Positions 27,949 through 38,138 of a DNA stretch of 64,000 nucleotides are shown here, piece after piece (position 1 is the first letter of the stretch; every line of letters starts with the position of its first letter). The notes under the pieces were generated by a model that was given only the letters and a program-made list of their open reading frames with translations, was not told the origin of the DNA and ran no database searches. The stretch spans positions 35,207-99,206 of IMG/VR virus record IMGVR_UViG_3300017917_001914; one strand, written 5' to 3'. Source of the DNA: a virus. The position numbers and the translations under genes were made by a program.

Positions 27949-30363
27949 ATGATGTCATTAAAGATAAAAAAAAGAGGGGGGGACGAAGTTTCGTTCAACC
28001 CCCAAAAAATTTATAATAGAGTTAAACGAGCGGCAAGAGGTTTAAACGTAAATGCTGATGAGGTATTCATTAAGGTGATTACTTCAGTTCCAACGGAGGG
28101 TGTTATTACAACCAAAGAGTTGGATAAATTGGTTTATGAGATTGCGGCGGCTTATACCGGAAGTCACCACGATTATTCAAGATTGGCGTCTTCAGTGGCG
28201 ATTTCTGCATACCACAAAGAAACTGATGATAGTTTTTGTAACACAATGCGTATATTACACGTTAATGGTATCATTAACGATAAATTAATGGAAACTATTG
28301 AACAATATGGTTCTGAAAATATTGATTCTGTAATTAATCACGATAATGATTACAATTTTGATTATTTTGCATGGAAATCATTACAAGAAATGTATTTGTT
28401 AAAAACTCCTGAAGGTAGAGTAATTGAAAGACCTCAACACATGTATATGAGAGTGGCTTTGTGGGTGACTAAGTCATTTGAACAAGCGGTTGAGTATTAT
28501 CAATCATTATCAAATCAACTTATTTCTCCGGCAACACCAATTATGATTAATGCAGGTACAAGAACACCACAATTGGCTTCTTGTGTATTGAAATATAATC
28601 ATGGGGATTCAAGAGAAGGTTTATTACAAACATTCAACGATATTTCGACTTATTCATCTGATGCTGCTGGTATTGGATTATGTATGTCTAATGTTCGTAG
28701 TAAAGAGAGTCGTATTAACTCATCAGGAGGATTTGCGGGTGGTTTATTGAAATACCTAAAGATTGTTAATGAAGGATTAAGATTTTTCAACCAACAAGGA
28801 AGAAGACCGGGAAGTGCGGCTATCTACATTGAACCTTGGCATAAAGACATTATTGATTTACTTGATATAAAAAAGAATACAGGGGCTGAGGAATTAAGAG
28901 CAAGAGATTTGTTTACATCTATTTGGTTACCGGACAACTTTATGGAAGCAGTTAAAAATAATGATGATTGGTATTTGTTCTGTCCTAATGATATCTTGAA
29001 AGCGGGTATCAAACCATTACAGGAAACTTATGGTGTTGAGTATGAAGCAAACTACAACAAAGCGGTTGAACTTGGTCTTGGTAAGAAAGTAAAAGCACAA
29101 ACTATTTGGAATAAAATTATTGAATCTCAAGTTGAAACTGGTGTTCCTTATTTATGTTCTAAAGATAGTGCTAACAGAAAAACAAACCATCAAAACATCG
29201 GGGTGATTAAACAATCTAACCTATGTAATGAAATTTACCAATATACTGATGAGAATACTACGGCAATCTGTACATTATCATCTATGGTGTTGAAAAACTT
29301 TATTGTTAAAGGTGAGTTTGATTTTAAATTACTTTATAGTGAGGTTAGAAAGGTTGTAAGAGCACTTAACAAAGTTGTTGACATTAATAGTTATTCAACT
29401 GAACAAGGTAGAAAAGGTGGTTTAGAACAAAGAGCAATCGCTATCGGAACTCAAGGTTTAGCTGACGTATTCTATTTAATGGATTACATCTTCACATCTG
29501 AAGAGGCGAGACAATTAAATAAAGAAATCTTTGAAACTATCTACTTTGCGGCAATTACCGAGAGTATGGAATTATGTAAATCAGGTGAATACAAACCATA
29601 CAAATTCTTTAATGGTTCACCAATGTCAAAAGGTGTATTCCAATTTGATATGTGGGGATTAGATTATGAAGGGTTAGGAAGAATGTGGGATTGGGACTCA
29701 CTTAAATTAGAAGTATCCAACCACGGGGTTTGTAATTCGTTATTCACGGCTCAGATGCCAGTAGCATCTTCAGCTAAGATTACAGGTTCATTTGAAATGA
29801 CAGAACCAGCTCACTCGGCATTATTTAATCGTCGTGTAGTTGGGGGAGAAATCTTAATTGTTAACAAATACTTAATTAACGATTTTGAGAAAATTGGTAT
29901 TTGGTCTGAAGATTTGAAAAATGAGATTATTATGAATGAAGGTTCTATTCAAAATATTAACTTCAATCATTACCTTGACCCTGAAGAAAAAAACTATAAC
30001 AAAAAGGTTAAAAGAATTGAACATTTAATTCCAAAATATAAAACTATTTGGGAGATATCACAAAGAGAACTTATTGATATGGCGGCTGACAGAGCACCAT
30101 TCATTGACCAATCACAATCGATGAATATCTATATGTCAAACCCAACATTATCAAAAATTTCATCATCACACTTCCATTCTTGGGGTAAAGGATTGAAAAC
30201 TCTTTGTTATTATGTTAGAACTAAAGCTATATCTACCGGAGCAAAACACTTGGCGGTGGACATATCTAAAGTAGGTCAACCAAAACCAATTGAGAAACCA
30301 AAAGTTGAATTAACACAAAAACCTTCGGATTCCGAGTTTGAGTGTTTCGGATGTGGTTCTTAA
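27949..30363 (+). CDS. nrdA: Ribonucleotide reductase class Ia alpha subunit with ATP cone
   Basis: N-terminal IKKRGG ATP cone, ERPQHMYMR, SPATP, QLASC, SNLCNEI, MPVASS, DQSQS, KTLCYYVR, C-terminal CFGCGS. Confidence 0.97.
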   Translation: MMSLKIKKRGGDEVSFNPQKIYNRVKRAARGLNVNADEVFIKVITSVPTEGVITTKELDKLVYEIAAAYTGSHHDYSRLASSVAISAYHKETDDSFCNTMRILHVNGIINDKLMETIEQYGSENIDSVINHDNDYNFDYFAWKSLQEMYLLKTPEGRVIERPQHMYMRVALWVTKSFEQAVEYYQSLSNQLISPATPIMINAGTRTPQLASCVLKYNHGDSREGLLQTFNDISTYSSDAAGIGLCMSNVRSKESRINSSGGFAGGLLKYLKIVNEGLRFFNQQGRRPGSAAIYIEPWHKDIIDLLDIKKNTGAEELRARDLFTSIWLPDNFMEAVKNNDDWYLFCPNDILKAGIKPLQETYGVEYEANYNKAVELGLGKKVKAQTIWNKIIESQVETGVPYLCSKDSANRKTNHQNIGVIKQSNLCNEIYQYTDENTTAICTLSSMVLKNFIVKGEFDFKLLYSEVRKVVRALNKVVDINSYSTEQGRKGGLEQRAIAIGTQGLADVFYLMDYIFTSEEARQLNKEIFETIYFAAITESMELCKSGEYKPYKFFNGSPMSKGVFQFDMWGLDYEGLGRMWDWDSLKLEVSNHGVCNSLFTAQMPVASSAKITGSFEMTEPAHSALFNRRVVGGEILIVNKYLINDFEKIGIWSEDLKNEIIMNEGSIQNINFNHYLDPEEKNYNKKVKRIEHLIPKYKTIWEISQRELIDMAADRAPFIDQSQSMNIYMSNPTLSKISSSHFHSWGKGLKTLCYYVRTKAISTGAKHLAVDISKVGQPKPIEKPKVELTQKPSDSEFECFGCGS

Positions 30364-30372
30364 TAAGAATAT

Positions 30373-30399
30373 AAATCACGGCTTATGTCGTGATTTTTT
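30373..30399 (+). terminator. Rho-independent terminator
   Basis: AAATCACGGC-TTAT-GTCGTGATTT followed by a T run. Confidence 0.8.
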
Positions 30400-30447
30400 A
30401 TTTTGGGGGTATTTATAAAAAATAATTACGACACTATATTTATAGAT

Positions 30448-30906
30448 ATGGCAGATGGAAAAACATATGGTATTAATTTCCCTTTTAGGGATTCTTATGA
30501 TGGAAAGTATTTAGACCTTTCTAATGATAGTGCAGAAGAAACTAGAACTGACTTAATACATTTATTATTAACTAGAAAAGGAAGTAGATATTTTTTACCC
30601 GATTTTGGAACAAGATTGTATGAGTTTATTTTTGAACCATTAGACGGCCCAACTTTTTCAGATATTGATGCTGAAATTAGAGACGCGGTTGAAGAATATA
30701 TCCCCGGAATAACAATAAAAAATATAAGTATTACTGCGGCATCAGATGGTGAGGAGGATAAAGGTACTTATATTGACCAATACGATACTCGTGTCTATAG
30801 AGTACCGGGTATTGGAACTAAAGAACATACTGCGAAAGTAAAAATAGATTATCAACTAAATAACGACGTGTTTAACGCTAGTGATTTTGTAATCCTAAAT
30901 ATTTAA
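30448..30906 (+). CDS. Baseplate wedge protein gp25-like (GPW/gp25 family)
   Basis: LLLTRKGSRYFLPDFGTRLYEFIFEP. The start is reassigned from 30403 to ATG 30448 (MADGKTYGINFPF). Confidence 0.92.
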   Translation: MADGKTYGINFPFRDSYDGKYLDLSNDSAEETRTDLIHLLLTRKGSRYFLPDFGTRLYEFIFEPLDGPTFSDIDAEIRDAVEEYIPGITIKNISITAASDGEEDKGTYIDQYDTRVYRVPGIGTKEHTAKVKIDYQLNNDVFNASDFVILNI

Positions 30907-30911
30907 AGAAT

Positions 30912-32750
30912 ATGGCTAATAAAAAAATATCGTATACTACGAGAGATTTCCAATCAATTAGAACTGAATTAATAAACTTCACTAGAACTTATTATCCGGA
31001 TTTAGTTGACAACTTTAATGATGCGAGTGTGTTCTCAGTATTATTAGATTTAAATGCTGCGGTTACCGACAACCTTCAATTTAATATTGATAGAAGTATT
31101 CAGGAAACTGTATTACAATATGCTCAACAAAGGTCGTCAGTTTTTAATATTGCCAAAACTTATGGATTAAAAGTTCCGGGACAAAGACCATCAGTGGCTT
31201 TAGTTGATTTTTCAATAACTGTACCGGCTTTCGGTGATAAAGAAGATTTAAGATATTGTGGTATATTACGTAGAGGTTCTCAAGTAAATGGTGCTGGTCA
31301 AGTATTTGAAACGGTTTATGATATTGATTTTTCATCACCTACAAATGCTGAAGGATTTCCAAATAGATTAAAGATACCAAATTTTGATTCTAATAATAAA
31401 TTATTGAATTATACGATAACTAAACGAGAAACTGTGGTTAATGGAATTACCAAAGTTTTTAAGAGAGTTATTACCGCAAATGATGTAAGACCATTCTTTG
31501 AATTATTTTTACCTGAAAAGACAGTTTTAGGTGTTACTAGTGTTTTATTGAAAGATGGTACACAATATGCGAATGTTCCTTCAAACCAAGAATTTTTGGG
31601 TGTTGAGAACAGATGGTTAGAAGTACAAGCTTTAGCTCAAGATAGAGTGTTCGTTGAAGACCCAACCAAAGTTTCGGATAATCCGGGAATTAAAGTTGGT
31701 AGATATGTTGCAACATCAACTAAATTTATTACTGAATATACACCTGAAGGTTTCTTCAAACTAACTTTTGGGGGAGGTAGTCAATCGGCTGATGAACAAT
31801 TAAGAGAATTTGCTAGAGATGGTAAGCCATTAAATTTATACAAATATTCTAATAACTTTGCTTTAGGTAGTACTTTAAAACCTAACTCAACTTTATTTGT
31901 TCAATATAGAATTGGTGGAGGAACGGGAAGTAATTTAGGTGTTGGAGTTATAACTCAAATAGGTACTGTTTCATTCTTCGTGAATGGGCCGTCGGAATCT
32001 GTAAACACAACTGTTGTTAATTCGTTAAGATGTAATAATGTAACTGCGGCTATTGGTGGGGCTAATTACCCAACAACAGAAGAAGTAAGAAATTTAGTAT
32101 CATACAACTTTACCGCTCAAAATAGAGCTGTTACCGTAAATGATTACGAATCAATTATTAGAACAATGCCATCACAATTTGGAGCACCGGCTAAAGTTGC
32201 GATAACTGAAGAAAACAATAAGATTAAAGTTCAAATGTTATCTTATGATGAAACCGGTAGATTGACTGAAATAGTTTCTAATACACTAAAAAATAATGTT
32301 GCAAATTACCTGTCAAATTATCGTATGATTAATGATTATGTATCAATTGAAAGTGCTAACGTTATTGACTTAGCTATCAATGTTGACGTGGTATTAGATA
32401 ACTCACAAAATCAAGGTTCTATTGTTTCTCAAATAATTAATATAATATCCGACTATTTTGACCCAACAAACCAAGAGATGGGTGAAAATGTTAATGTATC
32501 GGAATTAAGAAGATTAGTTCAAAGTGAAAATGGGGTAATCTCAGTTTCTGATATGACATTCTTTAATAAAGTTGGTGGTCAATACTCTTCTTCTCAAACA
32601 TCTCAAAAATACATTGATTCTGAAACTAAACAAATTGAATTAGTTGATGATACAATTTTTGCAGAACCAAGACAGGTGTATCAAATTAGATATCCTAATA
32701 AAGATATCAACGTTAGAGTTAAAAATATTAAAACAGTTAATTTCTCTTAG
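30912..32750 (+). CDS. Baseplate wedge protein (T4 gp6 / baseplate J-like)
   Basis: YTTRDFQSIRTELINF, DNFNDAS, AQQRSSVFNIAKTYG, QNRAVTVNDY. Confidence 0.9.
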   Translation: MANKKISYTTRDFQSIRTELINFTRTYYPDLVDNFNDASVFSVLLDLNAAVTDNLQFNIDRSIQETVLQYAQQRSSVFNIAKTYGLKVPGQRPSVALVDFSITVPAFGDKEDLRYCGILRRGSQVNGAGQVFETVYDIDFSSPTNAEGFPNRLKIPNFDSNNKLLNYTITKRETVVNGITKVFKRVITANDVRPFFELFLPEKTVLGVTSVLLKDGTQYANVPSNQEFLGVENRWLEVQALAQDRVFVEDPTKVSDNPGIKVGRYVATSTKFITEYTPEGFFKLTFGGGSQSADEQLREFARDGKPLNLYKYSNNFALGSTLKPNSTLFVQYRIGGGTGSNLGVGVITQIGTVSFFVNGPSESVNTTVVNSLRCNNVTAAIGGANYPTTEEVRNLVSYNFTAQNRAVTVNDYESIIRTMPSQFGAPAKVAITEENNKIKVQMLSYDETGRLTEIVSNTLKNNVANYLSNYRMINDYVSIESANVIDLAINVDVVLDNSQNQGSIVSQIINIISDYFDPTNQEMGENVNVSELRRLVQSENGVISVSDMTFFNKVGGQYSSSQTSQKYIDSETKQIELVDDTIFAEPRQVYQIRYPNKDINVRVKNIKTVNFS

Positions 32751-32821
32751 CAATTTATTTTAAATTTTATTGAATTATCTTTTGAAAATAGTATATAAAC
32801 TATTTATTAAAAAAGATTATT

Positions 32822-35800
32822 ATGTCCAATTCATTTAGAATACGTACTGAGCCTGGTGTTGATAAATCACTTAACGTCTTGATAGACCAAGAATTTGAGT
32901 ATTTAGAAATATTATCTCTAAAATTATTACAAAGTCAAATATATACTAGACAATGCTCTGATTATGGGGTTATTGTTGGTAGAGTAAGTGTTAACAATGG
33001 TTTTGGTATTCCAAATGCTAAAGTATCTGTATTTATTCCTTTAGATGCTCAAGACGAACTTAATCCTGTTGTATCTGATTTATATCCTTATAAATCATTA
33101 ACAGATTTAAATGAAGATGGTTATCGATATAATCTATTACCATATGTTAAATCACATTCGGGGCATAATCCAACAGGAACTTTTTTTACAAGAGATAATG
33201 TTTTAACTGACCCAACATTAATACAGGTATATGACAAGTATTACAAATATTCTACAGTAACCAATTCTAGTGGTGACTATATGATTTTTGGTGTACCTAC
33301 CGGAAGTCAAACTATTGTTGTTGATATTGACCTATCTGATATTGGTGAATTTTCATTATCACCTCAAGATTTAATAAGAATGGGTCTTGCAACACCAACT
33401 CAAGTTGCGGGTATAAATTTTAAAGCATCATCAAATTTAAATTCATTACCTCAAATTATTACTATTAATAGAACTATTGAAGTTGAACCTTTGTGGGGTC
33501 AACCTGAAATATGTAATTTGGGTATAACAAGAACAGATTTTGACTTATCTAATGAGGCGGGGATTGATATTAGACCGACAGCTATTTTTATGGGTTCAAT
33601 TGTCTCAAGTAATGACGATGAGGCTCTTCCAAGAAATTGTAAACCTAGACTTAAATCCGGTTCACAATGTACTTTAGTTACAGGCCCGGGGGAAATATTG
33701 GCAATAAGACAAACTATTTTTTTAGACGCTCAGGGTAAACCAATTTTAGAGACAGTTGATTTAGAAGAAGGTGGACAAGTTATTGATGATAACGGTACGT
33801 GGTTAGTTGATGTCCCAATGAATTTAGATTATTTAATAACTAATGAGTTTGGTGAACAAGTTATATCTGATGACCCTAAAAAAGGAATTCCAACAAAAGG
33901 TAAATATCGATTTAAAGTTAAATGGAATCAATCGCCTTCATTATCCGAAAATGTTAAACGTGGATATTTTTTAGTACCAAATATTAAAGAACATGGATGG
34001 ACTTCATCAGATACCGACCCAAATTCGACTCTTAAACATAAGTCATATGCGTTTAGTTTAGATTGGGATGATTATGTTGATTTTCAATCGGCAATTGATT
34101 GTACAGACACGTTTTATTTGATGCAGTATAATAAAGTTTACACGGTATCTCAATTAGTTGACCAATACAGAAAAGGATATTTAAATACTCAATTTATTGG
34201 TATTAAAAATATTTTAGATGAATCTTGTGAAAGTGAAAATAATAAGTTCCCAACTAATGATGGTGTTTTTAGGTTTGATTTAATTTATTTCTTATTTTGG
34301 ATAATGTTGTTTTTATTCAGACCGGTTTTTATTTCATTAATACCTGTTATCCATATCCTTTGGTTTGTTCTTAAAGTTATTGGTATAATTTTAGTAGTGA
34401 TTCTTTATCCATTAATACTCGTTGTTGGGTTTATTTGTAGTATTTTAAAAGGACTTTTAGGTATTCTTGGAGCATTACCATTTGGTCTTGGTAGAAGATT
34501 TAGAAGATTAAGAGACAAAATGTCTTGTCCTGGATTAGCGGATGCTAATCGTCTTGCTAAACAAATTCTTGAATTTCCTGATAAGTTAAAAAATATTAAA
34601 ATACCAAATTTATCTTATCCGGAATGTTCATTTTGTGATTGTGGAGATAATGGTGATTTACCTAAAGATGAACCTGGTGTTGAACAGTTAGAAACAGAAC
34701 CTGTAGACACGGCACTTCCTGAAGGTGCTGGGTCATCATTATTAACCCCATTTGAAATTGCTTCACAATATAAGATTAATAGATTAAATAATGGAACACC
34801 TGGCGTGCCCGGTGTTAATACTGCTGATTCGGTTTATCAAAATTTATTTGCCGGAAATGGTTTAGGTAACGAAGAGGATGCTTCATTTATACCATCAACA
34901 AGAGTACCTACTTCATTTATATCAACAAATGATGACGAAAACCCAACGGTAACACCACCTGAAAATGGCCCTGAATATTTGTATTTTTCATCAAGTTTAA
35001 CTGTGTCTGAAAGATTAAATTTATTTAATACTAAAGGAAAATATTTTAACGATGGGCCTAATAATCCTGGAGGAGGAGTTAATAGAATTAAAGTAACATT
35101 TCAACCGGATTTGAATAATCCGGCAACTAATTTTCACTATGATAATGTGGTTGCGATAGTATGTACTCAAAGTGCTACAAATTTAGAGGCTGGTGTTATG
35201 TTGTCTTTTCAAGATTTTGCTTTATCAAAAGATATAAATGTTATTAATACCGGAACTACACTAAATGATTATGGTACTAATACTATAACAGGTACAACAA
35301 TAAATAGCGGTACAACAACTAATCCCGGAACAATAACCGTTAACTATGCGAATCCTGATGGTTCTGGTAATATGGCTACACCGGTAACATATCAAATTGT
35401 TACTTTTTCAGGTGACCCTAAATACGCTAGATTTCCTATGGATGTTGAGTATTTTCAAGTGATTACTGGAATGACTTATTCTGAATATAGTGGAATGTGT
35501 AATAGTGGTTCTATTTCTATTAATGGTGATTGGGATAATAATAATTCATTTAATAATAGGTTTTTAAGTAACGATATGAGATTTTATCGTGTAAGACAAC
35601 CTCAAGAAAATGAAGCAAATGGTTCTTACAATTGTGGTAAAAATTTGTCTTGGTCGACAATAGAAAGATTTTTTTCACCTGTCGATTATTATAAATCAAT
35701 GGATAAACAAAAAGTTATATTCATGGTTAGAGGTGTTGACCCTAATTCATCTAGAACTAAAGTTCAATATGATTTAAGTCGGTTATTTGGTTATAATTTT

Positions 35801-38137
35801 GGTAATTCATCAACAATAGTAACAGGTAATAATTATAAATTAAATTATCCAATTCAAGGTAATTTAAATTGTGTTAATCATATTGCCACAGATAATATAA
35901 CATCTAATTTTTATTTTGATTCGTTTCGTTTTCGACCATCTATAACACCTCCTGACCCATTAATTCAAACGTTTGGTTTTAGTTCGTTCACTAGTAATCT
36001 ACATACGTATTATTCTAATTTAGATACAACAAACGGTGGTTTTACTCCGGTAAATGGACTTCCTACGTTATCATCCGTAACATTACCATCGTCTTCAGTT
36101 TCTAAAGTGGTTAGGCAATATACTAATGATTCACCACCACCATATTTTCTACCACCAGCAACTCCTATAACAGGTGGGACACAAGGTTGGAATGGGTTTA
36201 TTGTTGAATGGGATATTCAATATACTTATGATATAAGATGTACATTTATTATTTCTTATTTAGACACTCCTTATGATAGAAGAGCGGGAACTTACAATAT
36301 TTCACCTAATGATAATAGAGGTTATTATCAAGGTGAAATAGTTGAAGGTGGTACTATGTTTTATCAGAAATTAGATATTAATCAAACTGTGGGTGATTCT
36401 CCATTTTTTATTGAAGGTATTTACTATGCCCCAAAATATCCAAGTACGGGAGTAACATCGTCTTTAAATTTCACATTAAATAGTGGCAATCAAACTAAAA
36501 TAGTGATGAGGTCTGATAGATTACCGACCTCGACAGTTGTACAAAATAATTTAGGAAATAGTTTTCCATTACACACAAATACTAATTTTGCAATTTTTAT
36601 TGTAACTGATGATGGTGCAACGATTAATCAAAGTGTTGGTGGGACGGGGTCAAATTCAATTTTTAGTGGTGAAACAGGTGCGTTTGTTCCTGAAGCTGAC
36701 GAACCAGCGGTTGTTAATCAAATTTTAGAATCATTTAATTGTGGTAGTATGGCACCATTAGGTTGTTATTATAGTGAAGAACCTTCTCCTGGTAAATATA
36801 ATTTAAGAATTAGAGATAAAGGTAATGATTGTTGGAGTTTTGGTAGTGGTAAAGTTAAATTTGATGGTGGGTGTTATATATTAATTACACAACCAATATT
36901 GTCGTTATTAAGTGGTCAAGATTTTCAAATAGTGTTTGAATGGACAAATAGAATTCAAGTAATGTTTGGTGCGTGTAGAAATGTATTCTCTCATTTATTT
37001 ACAAACAATTGGATTAATGGTACTCTTTATTCTTTTTCGTTTTCAAATGATGTATTTTTTGATAGTTTAAATAGACCTCAAAGTAACATTTGTGATGATA
37101 ATATCTATTTTGACCAAGTTACTAATAATTTTTATTATAGAAGTAGTCCTTGGAATGATAGTACTTCAGAATTTGTTGGTATGGATAGACCTGAACCTAG
37201 TTCATTTATACGTGGTATATTTGGTGGTTATGGTGGTAATTTTACAAATTTAAAATATCCTACAACTATTATGGATTTAGGGCCAAGAAATTTATATTTA
37301 CAAGAATTAGTAATGTCTGATGATTTTGATGGGTATGTTGCTAATCGATTAAATACTACAACTTATGGGGATGTGTCTGAATTATTGAATCTTTTAATTA
37401 TTACAAGATTAGCGAGTCCTACTTTTTTAACACAAATCGCGGGGGTTGGTATTCTAACATTTTTCACTAGAACTAAACTTATGGTTGACGGTGATTACGC
37501 TCAAATGATTGCGATTAATTCTGAGTTATCGGTGGCACCTTTCCAATCTATAAATTATCCTGATAATCCTATTGGAGAGCAAAATCCAATATATTATAAT
37601 CCATCAGGTAATATTAACGATATAGTATTTGGGGTTTTCTTTTCTTCGGATACTCAAACACGAGATTTTATATCACCAAAAAGAACAATTATTGACCCTG
37701 ATGGACTTGTTACTGATGATTGTACTTTTAGTTATTTTTCGGTGTTTACTCAAGAAGTACCATTTTATCAATGGAACATTAAAGGTGAAGACACTAATAG
37801 TATTTTTGGGTCTCAAGAAAATGAATGGTATTCTGAACCATTAAACGGGTCGGCATTTTTTAGTTATCCATATCAATTATTAGATAGAACAAAACCTTCA
37901 TCAAGATATATGAGAACATCACAAAGAGCTGAAAATAAATATTTTAAAGGTTACATTTATTCTGTTTATCCTGATGGTACTTTAAATCCGGAGTTTAATT
38001 CAATTGACCCAAATTCATATAACGATAGATTGTTTAATACCGGTGCACCGTTTTATTTTTATTTTGGATTGAAAAAAGGTAAATCGGCGTTTGATAGATT
38101 TACAACTAAATGGTTAGATACAACAACAACAACATAA
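32822..38137 (+). CDS. Large virion structural protein with a carboxypeptidase-regulatory-like N-terminal domain and an internal hydrophobic membrane-like segment
   Basis: GVIVGRV...GIPNAKVSVFIP...TVTNSSGDYMIFGVPTGSQTI; about 70 hydrophobic residues at 34280-34500; located in the baseplate cluster. Confidence 0.6.
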   Translation: MSNSFRIRTEPGVDKSLNVLIDQEFEYLEILSLKLLQSQIYTRQCSDYGVIVGRVSVNNGFGIPNAKVSVFIPLDAQDELNPVVSDLYPYKSLTDLNEDGYRYNLLPYVKSHSGHNPTGTFFTRDNVLTDPTLIQVYDKYYKYSTVTNSSGDYMIFGVPTGSQTIVVDIDLSDIGEFSLSPQDLIRMGLATPTQVAGINFKASSNLNSLPQIITINRTIEVEPLWGQPEICNLGITRTDFDLSNEAGIDIRPTAIFMGSIVSSNDDEALPRNCKPRLKSGSQCTLVTGPGEILAIRQTIFLDAQGKPILETVDLEEGGQVIDDNGTWLVDVPMNLDYLITNEFGEQVISDDPKKGIPTKGKYRFKVKWNQSPSLSENVKRGYFLVPNIKEHGWTSSDTDPNSTLKHKSYAFSLDWDDYVDFQSAIDCTDTFYLMQYNKVYTVSQLVDQYRKGYLNTQFIGIKNILDESCESENNKFPTNDGVFRFDLIYFLFWIMLFLFRPVFISLIPVIHILWFVLKVIGIILVVILYPLILVVGFICSILKGLLGILGALPFGLGRRFRRLRDKMSCPGLADANRLAKQILEFPDKLKNIKIPNLSYPECSFCDCGDNGDLPKDEPGVEQLETEPVDTALPEGAGSSLLTPFEIASQYKINRLNNGTPGVPGVNTADSVYQNLFAGNGLGNEEDASFIPSTRVPTSFISTNDDENPTVTPPENGPEYLYFSSSLTVSERLNLFNTKGKYFNDGPNNPGGGVNRIKVTFQPDLNNPATNFHYDNVVAIVCTQSATNLEAGVMLSFQDFALSKDINVINTGTTLNDYGTNTITGTTINSGTTTNPGTITVNYANPDGSGNMATPVTYQIVTFSGDPKYARFPMDVEYFQVITGMTYSEYSGMCNSGSISINGDWDNNNSFNNRFLSNDMRFYRVRQPQENEANGSYNCGKNLSWSTIERFFSPVDYYKSMDKQKVIFMVRGVDPNSSRTKVQYDLSRLFGYNFGNSSTIVTGNNYKLNYPIQGNLNCVNHIATDNITSNFYFDSFRFRPSITPPDPLIQTFGFSSFTSNLHTYYSNLDTTNGGFTPVNGLPTLSSVTLPSSSVSKVVRQYTNDSPPPYFLPPATPITGGTQGWNGFIVEWDIQYTYDIRCTFIISYLDTPYDRRAGTYNISPNDNRGYYQGEIVEGGTMFYQKLDINQTVGDSPFFIEGIYYAPKYPSTGVTSSLNFTLNSGNQTKIVMRSDRLPTSTVVQNNLGNSFPLHTNTNFAIFIVTDDGATINQSVGGTGSNSIFSGETGAFVPEADEPAVVNQILESFNCGSMAPLGCYYSEEPSPGKYNLRIRDKGNDCWSFGSGKVKFDGGCYILITQPILSLLSGQDFQIVFEWTNRIQVMFGACRNVFSHLFTNNWINGTLYSFSFSNDVFFDSLNRPQSNICDDNIYFDQVTNNFYYRSSPWNDSTSEFVGMDRPEPSSFIRGIFGGYGGNFTNLKYPTTIMDLGPRNLYLQELVMSDDFDGYVANRLNTTTYGDVSELLNLLIITRLASPTFLTQIAGVGILTFFTRTKLMVDGDYAQMIAINSELSVAPFQSINYPDNPIGEQNPIYYNPSGNINDIVFGVFFSSDTQTRDFISPKRTIIDPDGLVTDDCTFSYFSVFTQEVPFYQWNIKGEDTNSIFGSQENEWYSEPLNGSAFFSYPYQLLDRTKPSSRYMRTSQRAENKYFKGYIYSVYPDGTLNPEFNSIDPNSYNDRLFNTGAPFYFYFGLKKGKSAFDRFTTKWLDTTTTT

Positions 38138-38138
38138 T

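Noticed and set aside
23093-30363. Introns or inteins in recA, helicase, nrdA, nrdB
   Set aside because: All are uninterrupted and of normal length.
30403-30447. N-terminal extension of the gp25-like ORF
   Set aside because: It overlaps TATTTAT motifs; ATG 30448 is the better start.
1037-32750. Bacterial eCIS/T6SS/tailocin locus or eukaryotic giant virus
   Set aside because: Tail genes are interleaved with phage-type SSB, RecA, helicase, primase and RNR, with no host housekeeping genes. Contractile tail genes exclude an NCLDV despite the eukaryote-like RNR and GT.
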